Assembly: GCA_963715865.1 (NCBI GenBank)
Contig: OY970280.1
Location: 2,016,001 to 2,080,000, forward strand
DNA length: 64,000 nucleotides
Origin: Candidatus Bathyarchaeota archaeon
GTDB lineage: Archaea > Thermoproteota > Bathyarchaeia > Bathyarchaeales > Bathycorpusculaceae
Direction of reading: 5' to 3'
How positions within the stretch are numbered: the stretch's first letter is position 1; each line of letters starts with the position of its first letter. A model generated the notes under the pieces. That model saw nothing but the letters and a program-made list of their open reading frames with translations. It was not told the origin of the DNA and searched no databases. The position numbers and the translations under genes are program-made. Of this stretch, positions 1 to 8,435 are shown one piece after another.

Positions 1-77
1 ACTGGGTTCGAATCCTTCCTCGTCGCCTTTCTTGAAAACCCCAAGCAGCAAAAATTTGAGCTGGGCACTTAACGACA

Positions 78-539
78 TTAATTTGATTTGAGCCTGAAGC
101 GGTTTGGATCTCTATGGATTCGAACCTGAATTATGGTGCGGTTAAGGTGCGGTCGCCGGGATTTGAACCCGGGATCATTAGCTTGGAAGGCTAATGTCCT
201 AAACCAGACTAGACGACGACCGCATGTATTTTGTTGAATAAGGCTATTCTTGGAGTTATCTAGGTCACATTCTTTTTCACTTTGGCTTTGACCTAGTTGA
301 CCACTTTCTGCCTTTTCAATAGACAGAGAAATGCCTTGTGATTTTAATAAAGTTTTCAGAGATTCTATATCCTCTATCTTACAATATGTGACTTGTGGTT
401 TATGAGATTCTTTATCAATATGGGAATAATGACGAATCCTTGCATACTTAATGTTGCCTTCTTTGTTTAGAAATACTTGTAACATTCCTTTGATATGACA
501 AACTTCACATTCAATCCCACTATAACATTTGATTTTCAT
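78..539 (-). pseudogene. N-terminal fragment (intN) of a partitioned SSV/pTN3-type tyrosine integrase, read through the tRNA-Gly gene
   Basis: CxxC plus RIRHY N-terminal domain; the ORF continues in frame through the tRNA (CGRRLVWFRTLAFQANDPGFKSRRPH) and stops shortly after; a matching intC remnant lies at 5650-5878 on the same strand. Confidence 0.7.
148..223 (-). tRNA. tRNA-Gly (anticodon TCC), intronless, CCA not encoded
   Basis: Minus strand reads GCGGTCG TC GTCT AGTCTGGTTT AGGAC A TTAGC CTTCCAA GCTAA TGATC CCGGG TTCAAAT CCCGG CGACCGC A; acceptor, anticodon and T stems pair perfectly. Confidence 0.97.
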
Positions 540-684
540 TTTACCACTTCCAAAGTTTTTGGTCCCCTGGAGTGGTCAATTGAGGATATAAAGACCATTA
601 AGAACTGTTCTTTAGAGGTTTTAAGCCACATTCAGCAGTAATTATTATATGTAAATTGCTTGATAGTAAGAATCAGTGGTTTAA

Positions 685-1023
685 ATGGTTAGAAAACTTA
701 TCATTGCACTTTTCATTTTAAATTTAGTTTTTTATTCAATTTCTGCATTTGGAGGTTTTTTTCTATATGATACAATTAATACATATGGTCATTATTCAAC
801 TGATCCTAATTTTTTTCTTTTAACTAGAGCTACATGGAATACTTTAGATGTTCAGATTCAGAATTTTCAGTATCTTTCCCACAATAATACTCTAATTCCA
901 CTAGGTGGCCTGATAACTTATCCAAATATACCCTTTATAATGAATTTGGTTTATTTCATTATGGTTATGTTTCTAATTGTGAAACTCTATAAGGAAACTC
1001 AATCAAAAAAGAAGCAATCTTAG
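685..1023 (+). CDS. Hypothetical membrane protein (2 TM)
   Basis: 112 aa with hydrophobic N- and C-terminal segments and a basic tail. Confidence 0.6.
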   Translation: MVRKLIIALFILNLVFYSISAFGGFFLYDTINTYGHYSTDPNFFLLTRATWNTLDVQIQNFQYLSHNNTLIPLGGLITYPNIPFIMNLVYFIMVMFLIVKLYKETQSKKKQS

Positions 1024-1874
1024 ACCTTCATACCAGATATGCTCTAAATGTGCCTAATTCTCTATTTTATTCTGAATATGCGATTAATGTGCTAAATGTC
1101 ATAGGTATTTGATAATAAATCTGCTCTATAAACAAAGATTTAGGCTTTGAACCATAACACACTCACGCATCCTTTCTTACTTTCTCACTTTCTAGCTAAT
1201 TTCTTTCTTAATCATAAATGGCTAAGTTTCTTTCTTAGATGATATTTCTTTCTTACTAGTTTCTTAATAATCATAAAAGCGAACAGGACGCTTTTTTATT
1301 AGTAAAGTTAACAGCTAAGTAACTTCATTATTGGCTTTCTTAATTATCTAATAACTCTATAAGAGAATTACTGGCTTAATGTGACTACTGGCATACTAGG
1401 TACTGGCTATACCGTTAACTCTTATGCTTATAAACCTGGGTTAAAGGGTATTACATTGCCTCACACTAGTTTTGATGTTGCCTGAAACTCTATTACTAGA
1501 GAACTAGCCTAAAGTTATTCCCACAGCAGTGATGCTCATGTGGATTTATTGCCGATGACACAGTTAAAGCCTCACTGTGCAGAGGAATATAGCATTGATA
1601 GGTTGAGCCTACCAATATCTAACTGGTTTACTGGTCCAGCCAATAATTAATAAATGTTTATGCAAAGTCAACTAGCCAATTTTTCTTTGGTTAAATGTTC
1701 TAGCAAGTTCTGACAGCATAAAGAAGTGAATATTGCCTAAGGCTCTATGCTCCAATGTAAGTAGTAACTGTTTAATGTATTCTGGAAACTTGGATACTAT
1801 CCTTAAAGCTTAAGGGTCTCTGTAATTTACCTGTTTCTTAATAGCCCTAATGTACTCTGTAAATATCGGAGTTT
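1024..1874. pseudogene. Probable heavily decayed coding region (frame uncertain)
   Basis: No ORF of 60 aa or more in any frame; repeats spaced in multiples of 3; about 7 CpG in 851 bp by manual count. Confidence 0.35.
1172..1266. repeat. Short degenerate repeats: CTTTCT(TA/CA/AG) x3 at 8-bp period, and TTTCTTTCTTA x3
   Basis: TTTCTTTCTTA at 1200, 1227 and 1245; CTTTCT at 1172, 1180 and 1188. Confidence 0.75.
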
Positions 1875-2348
1875 CTAACCCCTGAATGGTATCGAAATAT
1901 CTCCCCTTTCAAGTAAATCTAAAAATCGTTCAATCACACTAAAAAATCCACCAAGAGCAAAAGAAATCAGTATTGAACCGAAACTAATACTACCTATCGT
2001 TATATACGGGAAACCATTGTAAACTAAAATCTTTCCATTTAATAAGAAGATACTTATCACAACATCTAAAATAGCAAGACCAAAAGAGGCTATGCTTAAC
2101 CCGAAAAAAAATAATCGTGCCTTGCGAATAGTCTTTAGTCTTTTTTCAGTTTTCAACAATCCAATAGCCCATAAGATACTAATTATCCCTAAAATTATAA
2201 GAAAAATTCTAAAAAGAGAAAGGCTGTTAATTGGAAAAAACGTTAGTACAACGTTAATACCAAGTCCTGTGAGAATACCCGAAAGGACTAACAACCACCT
2301 TCTTGCATCGCTATCTGTAAATTCCAATGGCTGTTTTTCTTGTGTCAT
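1875..2348 (-). CDS. Hypothetical membrane protein (4 TM)
   Basis: 157 aa with four hydrophobic segments; preceded by the shared island promoter motif. Confidence 0.7.
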   Translation of the reverse strand: MTQEKQPLEFTDSDARRWLLVLSGILTGLGINVVLTFFPINSLSLFRIFLIILGIISILWAIGLLKTEKRLKTIRKARLFFFGLSIASFGLAILDVVISIFLLNGKILVYNGFPYITIGSISFGSILISFALGGFFSVIERFLDLLERGDISIPFRG

Positions 2349-2372
2349 TTTTCTCTATTTCTTATTTTCTTC

Positions 2373-2392
2373 GCTATTCAGATTTAAGACTT
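2373..2392 (-). promoter_or_regulatory. Shared island promoter motif, copy 1 (AAGTCTTAAATCTGAATAGC)
   Basis: 19/20 identical to the copies at 4402 and 5004; TATA-like TCTTAAAT; about 25 bp upstream of the ATG at 2348. Confidence 0.7.
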
Positions 2393-2442
2393 ATTGGTTT
2401 TAGGTCTTCCAAAGTACTCTTTCATTATTTCTCGGTAACTAT

Positions 2443-3444
2443 CTATCGTCTATAAACTATTATTCCTGATCTTCTCTCGAATTTGAACAGTAAATATCCA
2501 CTTATGAGAATGAAGGCAAATCCAAGCACCATAACGAACACTGTTACAGTTGTCCTAGCTAAGCTCAATACAGGATTAAATGGTGAAGTGAAGAATCCAA
2601 CACCATAGAATGCTCCAAATACCAAAATAAAAACTCCCATTAATAAGAAAAGTCCTGAAAGAAGTTTAATTCCAAAGACTCCCCTATCTGAGGTTGCATT
2701 AGAATCAACCTTTTCAAAGATTCTATAGCCAATCCAAGCACTAATTCCAGTAGCAAAGATATAAAACACATATTTCACAGCATCAGGAACACTATTATAA
2801 AAAGAAGTTGGGTTATTCCCCTCAAAAAGGAACAAAAAGCCAACTATTATCAAAAAGGCTGGTAACCAAAACCTAAGTGACTTGAGCAGGTTTTTTGTTC
2901 TCCAATCAAAACTAATTGTAAGTCTTGGTCTTGGATAACTCTTAGGCTTGGGACTATGTGGTTCTTCTATCCTAATAGGATGCACACCATCTGAAGGGTA
3001 AGGTGTTTCTTCTACTGGAATTGAAATGGACGAGGGTTCTTCTATTGGTATAGAATATCTTCCTGTGTAATGTGCATTCATTCTATCGAGTGCTTGTTTT
3101 ATCAATTCATTCCTTGTTTTTTCTTCAATATCAAGGTCTTCAAATTTCTTTTGGCTATATCTAAAATCTGGATGCCCACCTTGACGTCTGTATTCTTGAT
3201 AATACAATGCTTCTATCTCTGGTGAATAATTGGTTGGATTGAAGTTAGGGATAAATGATAGCCTTGGTTCAATATGTTTTTCACAGAGCAATCTATTGCA
3301 ATATTCACAGCGAAATACTTTCTTTTTAGAGAAATCGCTGTTTCTAACACAACATTCTACACACTCGTCTATACTGGATTCTCCTCTATATTCCAAGGAA
3401 ATCCCACAATTAAGATATAGTGTATTCCACTTAACTTTTTTCAT
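2443..3444 (-). CDS. AN1-like Zn-finger membrane protein
   Basis: CxxC...CxxC...C-xx-H cluster, Pro-rich linker, four C-terminal TM helices. Confidence 0.6.
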   Translation of the reverse strand: MKKVKWNTLYLNCGISLEYRGESSIDECVECCVRNSDFSKKKVFRCEYCNRLLCEKHIEPRLSFIPNFNPTNYSPEIEALYYQEYRRQGGHPDFRYSQKKFEDLDIEEKTRNELIKQALDRMNAHYTGRYSIPIEEPSSISIPVEETPYPSDGVHPIRIEEPHSPKPKSYPRPRLTISFDWRTKNLLKSLRFWLPAFLIIVGFLFLFEGNNPTSFYNSVPDAVKYVFYIFATGISAWIGYRIFEKVDSNATSDRGVFGIKLLSGLFLLMGVFILVFGAFYGVGFFTSPFNPVLSLARTTVTVFVMVLGFAFILISGYLLFKFERRSGIIVYRR

Positions 3445-3569
3445 ACTTCAATTGATTTTGGCTTAAACTTTTAAGTGCTAAGATTATTTTCCTTCCCAAG
3501 CTGGGAAGTTATTAAATCTTAAGTACTTGCTTATGAATATCTCAATTTACGTACCAAGTGATCAAGTAA

Positions 3570-4298
3570 ATGTATTTCATAATAGATGACGCGTATACTA
3601 TCCTAAAAATAATTAAAGAATTTAGAGATGACGTTTTCAAACACTTCTTTGAAGGAGATCCAAAGAAAGTATTGGATTATGATTTTAATTTTACTCCAAG
3701 ATACCACTCGAAGTTTGATAGGATTAGTAACGTAATTGCTATTTCAGAGGTTTTTTCTATAGAAGGTCTTGATCTTAATAAAAAACAAATGGACCACTTC
3801 CTTACTACCCTGCAAATACCTGACATGATTTCCGACTGGGATTCTTTCGATACTTACCTAACTTTTATTGAAAAGTGTTTTAAAATAAGCAGTTATGAAC
3901 TGAGACATAAAATCAATTTGTTAGATTATAAGGAAAAAGTAAGACTGAATGAAGCGCTCAATTGCCATATACAGGGGCTAAACTATTCAACAATAGTTAT
4001 GAGTGTTTCAGCTATTGAAAACAGGCTTTATTTGTTAATGAAATCAAAGTGTCCTGAATCTAAATTGGATGGTTTGACTTTAGGTCAGCTTATTGGAGAA
4101 TATACTAATAATAAAGAAAAATATGTCCAAGTCATCCCCAGAAAGCATGAATCATTACTCGATTATTGTAATAATTATAGGGTCTTTTCGGTGCATCCCA
4201 AGAAAGAAAAGATTAATGCAGCAAATGCGACTGCAATCCTCTGTATGACCTGCTCTTTCCTATTTGACCCTGATATGAAAGCTACGAGGTTTGTTTAA
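3570..4298 (+). CDS. Putative HEPN (DUF4145-like) domain protein
   Basis: EA..C...G.Y.S.IVM..SAIE.RL helix, TLGQLI, and an R-X4-H motif (RVFSVH). Confidence 0.55.
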   Translation: MYFIIDDAYTILKIIKEFRDDVFKHFFEGDPKKVLDYDFNFTPRYHSKFDRISNVIAISEVFSIEGLDLNKKQMDHFLTTLQIPDMISDWDSFDTYLTFIEKCFKISSYELRHKINLLDYKEKVRLNEALNCHIQGLNYSTIVMSVSAIENRLYLLMKSKCPESKLDGLTLGQLIGEYTNNKEKYVQVIPRKHESLLDYCNNYRVFSVHPKKEKINAANATAILCMTCSFLFDPDMKATRFV

Positions 4299-4401
4299 TC
4301 CAAGTGCTTTATGGCTGTAATAGGTCTTACATCTCAATGTCTGTTTATGACACTGAGAAGTTAGACCTGCTTTTACCATAGCGGAAGTTTTCATTGAGTG
4401 C

Positions 4402-4421
4402 AAGTCTTAAATCTGCATAGC
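4402..4421 (+). promoter_or_regulatory. Shared island promoter motif, copy 2 (AAGTCTTAAATCTGCATAGC)
   Basis: Identical to 5004-5023; upstream of the ATG at 4450. Confidence 0.75.
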
Positions 4422-4449
4422 GAAGAATAGAAGAACTGAGGCTAATTAA

Positions 4450-4908
4450 ATGAATAGTAAAATAGTTATAGGGATTGTAGTTGGCTTAATCGCTGGGTTA
4501 GTGTTGGGTGTTTTTATCGGTGTATTGTTCATATCGTCAAGTTCAATACTGCCAATCAAAGCTGTGAATCCAACAGCAACTCCAACTCCAACACCTAGAC
4601 CAACTCCAACTGCATCGTCCACAACTGGAGCTGGAACAAACAATCAAGTGCAAGTATCGGGAACTGTGCCAGATAGAACAAGTGGCACATTATATTTTGC
4701 CAACTCAGATGGAACAATCCAAACTAGTGCTTCCATTACAAACGGTGAATACAGTGTCTTACTTGTAGGTGGACAATCATACACCGTTAGCCACATCTCA
4801 AGTGTAGGTCATATCATTGATAATACATTTTACCCATACATAGATTACAATGAATTTTATGTTCCATTAGGAGTAACAACATTTACAGAGAATTTAGTGC
4901 CTAGATAA
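4450..4908 (+). CDS. Membrane-anchored protein with a PT-rich linker and beta-rich extracellular domain
   Basis: N-terminal TM, PTATPTPTPRPTPT linker, beta-strand-like C-terminus. Confidence 0.7.
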   Translation: MNSKIVIGIVVGLIAGLVLGVFIGVLFISSSSILPIKAVNPTATPTPTPRPTPTASSTTGAGTNNQVQVSGTVPDRTSGTLYFANSDGTIQTSASITNGEYSVLLVGGQSYTVSHISSVGHIIDNTFYPYIDYNEFYVPLGVTTFTENLVPR

Positions 4909-4919
4909 TAAAGAAAAGA

Positions 4920-4942
4920 GTTTCTTTCTATTCTGCAAAGTA
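4920..4942 (+). repeat. 23-bp direct repeat, copy 1 (GTTTCTTTCTATTCTGCAAAGTA)
   Basis: 22/23 identical to 5584-5606. Confidence 0.8.
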
Positions 4943-5003
4943 CATTAAAGGGTAGAATAGCTCTCTTATTACTCGTAGCATTTAGCTAAGTTTTCATAAA
5001 GAT

Positions 5004-5023
5004 AAGTCTTAAATCTGCATAGC
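5004..5023 (+). promoter_or_regulatory. Shared island promoter motif, copy 3
   Basis: Identical to 4402-4421; both copies are preceded by AAGTTTTCAT 16-17 bp upstream. Confidence 0.75.
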
Positions 5024-5050
5024 ATAGAAATAGAGAATTGAGGTGAAAAA

Positions 5051-5392
5051 ATGCCAATAGATAAGAAAGTATTTGATAGAGAGTTGGAACTTAAGAAAAT
5101 TGAGGTTGTGAAAGAAGACCATCAAAGGTATTTCACAACAGGTAGCTCGATATTGACTGGTGGATTTACGGCTTTATTAGTCCTGATTATTACGCTCTAT
5201 TATAGCCAAAAACTTGATTTGGTTACTGCATTATTCGTAACTATTTTAGTTGGCGTTGTTATTGCTGTTGGTTTCTTATCGATTGATATTCATTATAAAA
5301 GATTTTATAAACGCCTTGACAAATGGATTGAAAAAATTGAAAAAGAAGAACCACTACCATCAATAACTGAAATGAAGGATGAAAAAATCTAA
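5051..5392 (+). CDS. Hypothetical membrane protein (2 TM)
   Basis: 113 aa, GAGGTG RBS, two TM helices. Confidence 0.7.
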   Translation: MPIDKKVFDRELELKKIEVVKEDHQRYFTTGSSILTGGFTALLVLIITLYYSQKLDLVTALFVTILVGVVIAVGFLSIDIHYKRFYKRLDKWIEKIEKEEPLPSITEMKDEKI

Positions 5393-5583
5393 TATTTCCA
5401 TTTTTTCAACTTCCAACTCCAAAAGTACCTAATTGATAGATAGGTCTCCAATTAAAGAAGGGGGAGTCTGCATCTATGCCTATACGTTCCATCAGGCGTA
5501 ACCTACTTCACAACAGCGAACTTTTAACTTATGCTAAACTACTCTTAAACCTGTTACTTTTTGACTTTGCAGAATTATGACAA

Positions 5584-5606
5584 GTTTCTTTCTATTCTAC
5601 AAAGTA
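5584..5606 (+). repeat. 23-bp direct repeat, copy 2 (GTTTCTTTCTATTCTACAAAGTA)
   Basis: 22/23 identical to 4920-4942. Confidence 0.8.
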
Positions 5607-5649
5607 ACCAAATATCATAAGAAGAAAGAAAAGTAAGATGTTAAAGTTT

Positions 5650-5878
5650 CTATGTTGTTATTGCAATTTCCATCTTTGGAGCAAGCAAAATATTCTCTAA
5701 GTTTTTAACTAAAGATATTGTATTATCTGCCTAATGCTTTGGGATTTTCCTTAAGATAAAATTGTGTAAATACCGTTCTTTCAACTCTGCCTTGAAGTAA
5801 TGAGATTAACTCTTGTAGTAACCCTAAAGTCCATATTCCCAAGCGTAATTTAAGTTTATCTGGGTTAAGCCAGAGCAT
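5650..5878 (-). pseudogene. Frameshifted C-terminal remnant (intC) of an archaeal tyrosine integrase
   Basis: Manual translation ELISLLQGRVERTVFTQFYLKENPKAL resembles the archaeal integrase LxQGR...VF...Y catalytic segment; an extra G (TTAGGCAGAT) shifts the tail DNTISLVKNLENILL out of frame. Not in the ORF track. Confidence 0.6.
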
Positions 5879-6320
5879 TCTGCTGCTATAATACGCCTGT
5901 TAGCTTGAGAATTAAGAAAATAGCCAAAGCAACGCAGATAATAACAAACAAAATCAGACGTATGCGTTCGCATAAAGCATCTTGAAGGCTCCATTGTCTC
6001 GACAAAACATTTCTGCCTCGACACGACAGAGCTGGCTCCAAAGTGAACACTATTGCGCCCGGGAAAGTGAACACTATACTACAGTAGGCATTCTAAAGGG
6101 GCTCGATAGTCGCAACTAAAGCGCAAGCCAAAAAGCTGCGTTTGCCCGCTCAATTGTTTGAACAAAACTTTTACGCGATCGAACAAATGTCCCTAGCCCT
6201 TTGAAACTCCATCATGCCTCGATTGTAGAATTATTAAAAAAAGGAAATCTAATGTTGAAAACCCCATCCTATAATGGAATAGTATATCTTAGTCACAAGC
6301 CATGAGTATGGTAGATTAGG

Positions 6321-6611
6321 TTGAACAAGATGAGCCCAGGAAAGGAAACGCGAAAAGTTCCTAACAGCCGTATTAAAATCTTAACTAAAGACGCGAAGCA
6401 AATGGTGAATGGACCATATTACTGCCCGAAGTGCCGAAAGGAATTACTGCAAATTTTGGCGAATGTAAACAAGAAAGAAGTGTACGCCGTCTGCAAATGT
6501 GGCCTTGAATGGCAGTTAACTTATGCGCCTGTTTTTCAGCCGATAGATTACTATAATAAGTTTAGGGATTTGTGGAAAAAGCAAAGCTACGGTATAATCA
6601 AGCAAAAATAA
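6321..6611 (+). CDS. Elf1-like zinc-ribbon protein
   Basis: YYCPKC...VCKCG...IDYYNKFRD pattern matches the Elf1 layout. Confidence 0.55.
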   Translation: MNKMSPGKETRKVPNSRIKILTKDAKQMVNGPYYCPKCRKELLQILANVNKKEVYAVCKCGLEWQLTYAPVFQPIDYYNKFRDLWKKQSYGIIKQK

Positions 6612-6770
6612 CTTTTTCATTTGTCTCTTTTAAACTGATACTACGCCCATCGCAACTATTATTCACGAGCCCCGATTGTGCTCAACCAACCTTCATAAGC
6701 AAAAGGTTTGCCAAAACAAATTATCTATAAATGGGAACACAGCAGTAAATAGAAAAAGGAGCCAAAGCCG

Positions 6771-7220
6771 TTGACCGAAGAAAAACTTGAATTCACTCGC
6801 CCGCTGCTCATTTTGGGAAACCTTGGACTTCTCGCATGGGTTTTTCTAGCTTTCTTCGGCATATTTTTTTACAATCAAATTTACGGTTGGCTATACCTGC
6901 TTGCAGAAGCCGCGATAATTTACCTTATTCTGCGCAGGCTCGGTTGCAGCAGCTGTTACAAATGCAAGTCATGTACAAGCGGCTTCGGAAGACTCGCAGG
7001 CGCATTCTTTGGAAAAGGCTACACCAAGAAAGAAAGCGTCGGAAACAGGCTTGGGATAATAGCTTTTGTTTATTTTTTGCTGCTTCCGCTTCCAGCCACA
7101 GTGCTATTTTTCTCGCTTTCCGCCGCTTTTTCGTTTCTGAAAGTGTTAGTGCTAGTTTGCCTTTTGGCGGTGGCTGTTTACAGCTTAACTACTTGGTTCA
7201 AGCGCTCAGTTAAGTCGTAA
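6771..7220 (+). CDS. Conserved-looking membrane protein with a CxxCxxCxxC loop
   Basis: Four TM helices around GCSSCYKCKSC. Confidence 0.65.
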   Translation: MTEEKLEFTRPLLILGNLGLLAWVFLAFFGIFFYNQIYGWLYLLAEAAIIYLILRRLGCSSCYKCKSCTSGFGRLAGAFFGKGYTKKESVGNRLGIIAFVYFLLLPLPATVLFFSLSAAFSFLKVLVLVCLLAVAVYSLTTWFKRSVKS

Positions 7221-7289
7221 ATTATGATTTGGGGTAAGTAAGTTTTAAACGGTTGAATGTTGCTTGTTATGGGCATTGAAGATGGTTAA

Positions 7290-8426
7290 ATGAGCAGACC
7301 ACTGCTGAGTCGTAAACCAGTTAGACTATTAATTATCTTCACGTTAGTGTTTTTTGTTTCTTTACCGATAATTCGTCCTTTTGGAGTAGTCACCGCTCAA
7401 AGCCCAGATCAAAACCAGTACTACAACAGGGATTTCGCATGGGATTACGATGGGAATCATTGGACTTGGAACCTCAGCATTCCAGTAGCCCTGTATGACG
7501 CCTATAAAGCAGTTCCAGATTCAACCCGAATACAAAATGGACCTGCAGGCTATGACTTTTGCGTTACAACTAAAGATTCTTACTTACAAGGTCTAGTCGA
7601 GAAACTAAATGAAACCGCAACGCAACTTGGATACGGTTCATTTGATCAAGTAAGCTTTGTTTTAGCTTTCGTCCAAAGTATACCTTACAAGTCTGACTTA
7701 AACACCACAGGATATGAAGAATACCCAAGGTTCCCGATAGAAACTTTAGTGGATCAGGCCGGAGACTGCGACTGCAAAGCCGTACTTTTTGCAACATTAA
7801 CGCTAATGATGGGTTACGGTGCAGTTTTCATTAACCCTACAGACCATTTAGCGGTTGGTGTATTAGGAAATGACCTTTCAGGTACATATTGGACCTACGA
7901 AAACAGAACTTACTATTACGCTGAAACTACAGGAACCGGGTTTAAAGTTGGCGAGCTTCCCGATGAATTCAAAGGTCAAAGCGCTTATGTATACCCCATA
8001 GATGAAAGCCATCAATACGTTCTAGAATCACAGGCGACGCCATCTAATGAACCTGCTCCAACTATTTCTCCTAACACGCCAGCATCAACACCAACGCTTG
8101 AACCTAACCCAGCCACTTCGCCTTCGCCAACAATCGCCGAACCGACCATCCAACCAGTTGAACCCCTATCATTTAACTTAATTTCTGATAATCCCATCTT
8201 GTTTATACTCATTGTCCTCGCAATAGTAATTTCCATCACCATTGCGGTTAAATCAGCAAAAAAACCCAAAGAACCACCGCCCATTAACCAAACAGTTTCT
8301 CCAGAACCAAGCATTCCCCAAGTGACAGATGCCAATTTAGAGGGCAACAAATTCTGCATTTATTGCGGCTCAAGCAACAAATCGTTTGCTTTATACTGCG
8401 AGAAATGCGGTAAAAAAATAGCTTAA
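7290..8426 (+). CDS. Membrane-anchored transglutaminase-like protein with a C-terminal zinc ribbon
   Basis: Signal peptide; YPRFPIETL...GDCDCKAVLF, HLAVG and YYAETT motifs; P/T linker; TM; CIYCG...CEKCG. Confidence 0.75.
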   Translation: MSRPLLSRKPVRLLIIFTLVFFVSLPIIRPFGVVTAQSPDQNQYYNRDFAWDYDGNHWTWNLSIPVALYDAYKAVPDSTRIQNGPAGYDFCVTTKDSYLQGLVEKLNETATQLGYGSFDQVSFVLAFVQSIPYKSDLNTTGYEEYPRFPIETLVDQAGDCDCKAVLFATLTLMMGYGAVFINPTDHLAVGVLGNDLSGTYWTYENRTYYYAETTGTGFKVGELPDEFKGQSAYVYPIDESHQYVLESQATPSNEPAPTISPNTPASTPTLEPNPATSPSPTIAEPTIQPVEPLSFNLISDNPILFILIVLAIVISITIAVKSAKKPKEPPPINQTVSPEPSIPQVTDANLEGNKFCIYCGSSNKSFALYCEKCGKKIA

Positions 8427-8435
8427 GCACAAACC

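Larger units (their letters stand above)
148..5878 (-). mobile_element. Defective integrated element at tRNA-Gly, bordered by intN and intC fragments
   Basis: Split-integrase architecture; visibly lower GC than the core genes beyond ~6.3 kb; cargo of hypothetical genes. The second att copy was not found. Confidence 0.65.

Noticed and set aside
1-27. GGTTCGAATCC near the window start, resembling a tRNA T-loop
   Set aside because: The flanking T-stem pairs poorly (CTGGG/CCTTC) and the rest would lie outside the window; cannot be supported.
1321-1874. Alternative genetic code or stop read-through gene
   Set aside because: All three stop types occur and neighbouring genes use the standard code; decay is simpler.
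685-5392. Integron-like cassette array
   Set aside because: No RYYYAAC...GTTRRRY attC boxes after the stop codons, genes lie in both orientations, and no IntI is present.
5886-6074. 62-aa ORF at the island boundary
   Set aside because: Only the hydrophobic tail looks protein-like; no recognisable family or RBS.
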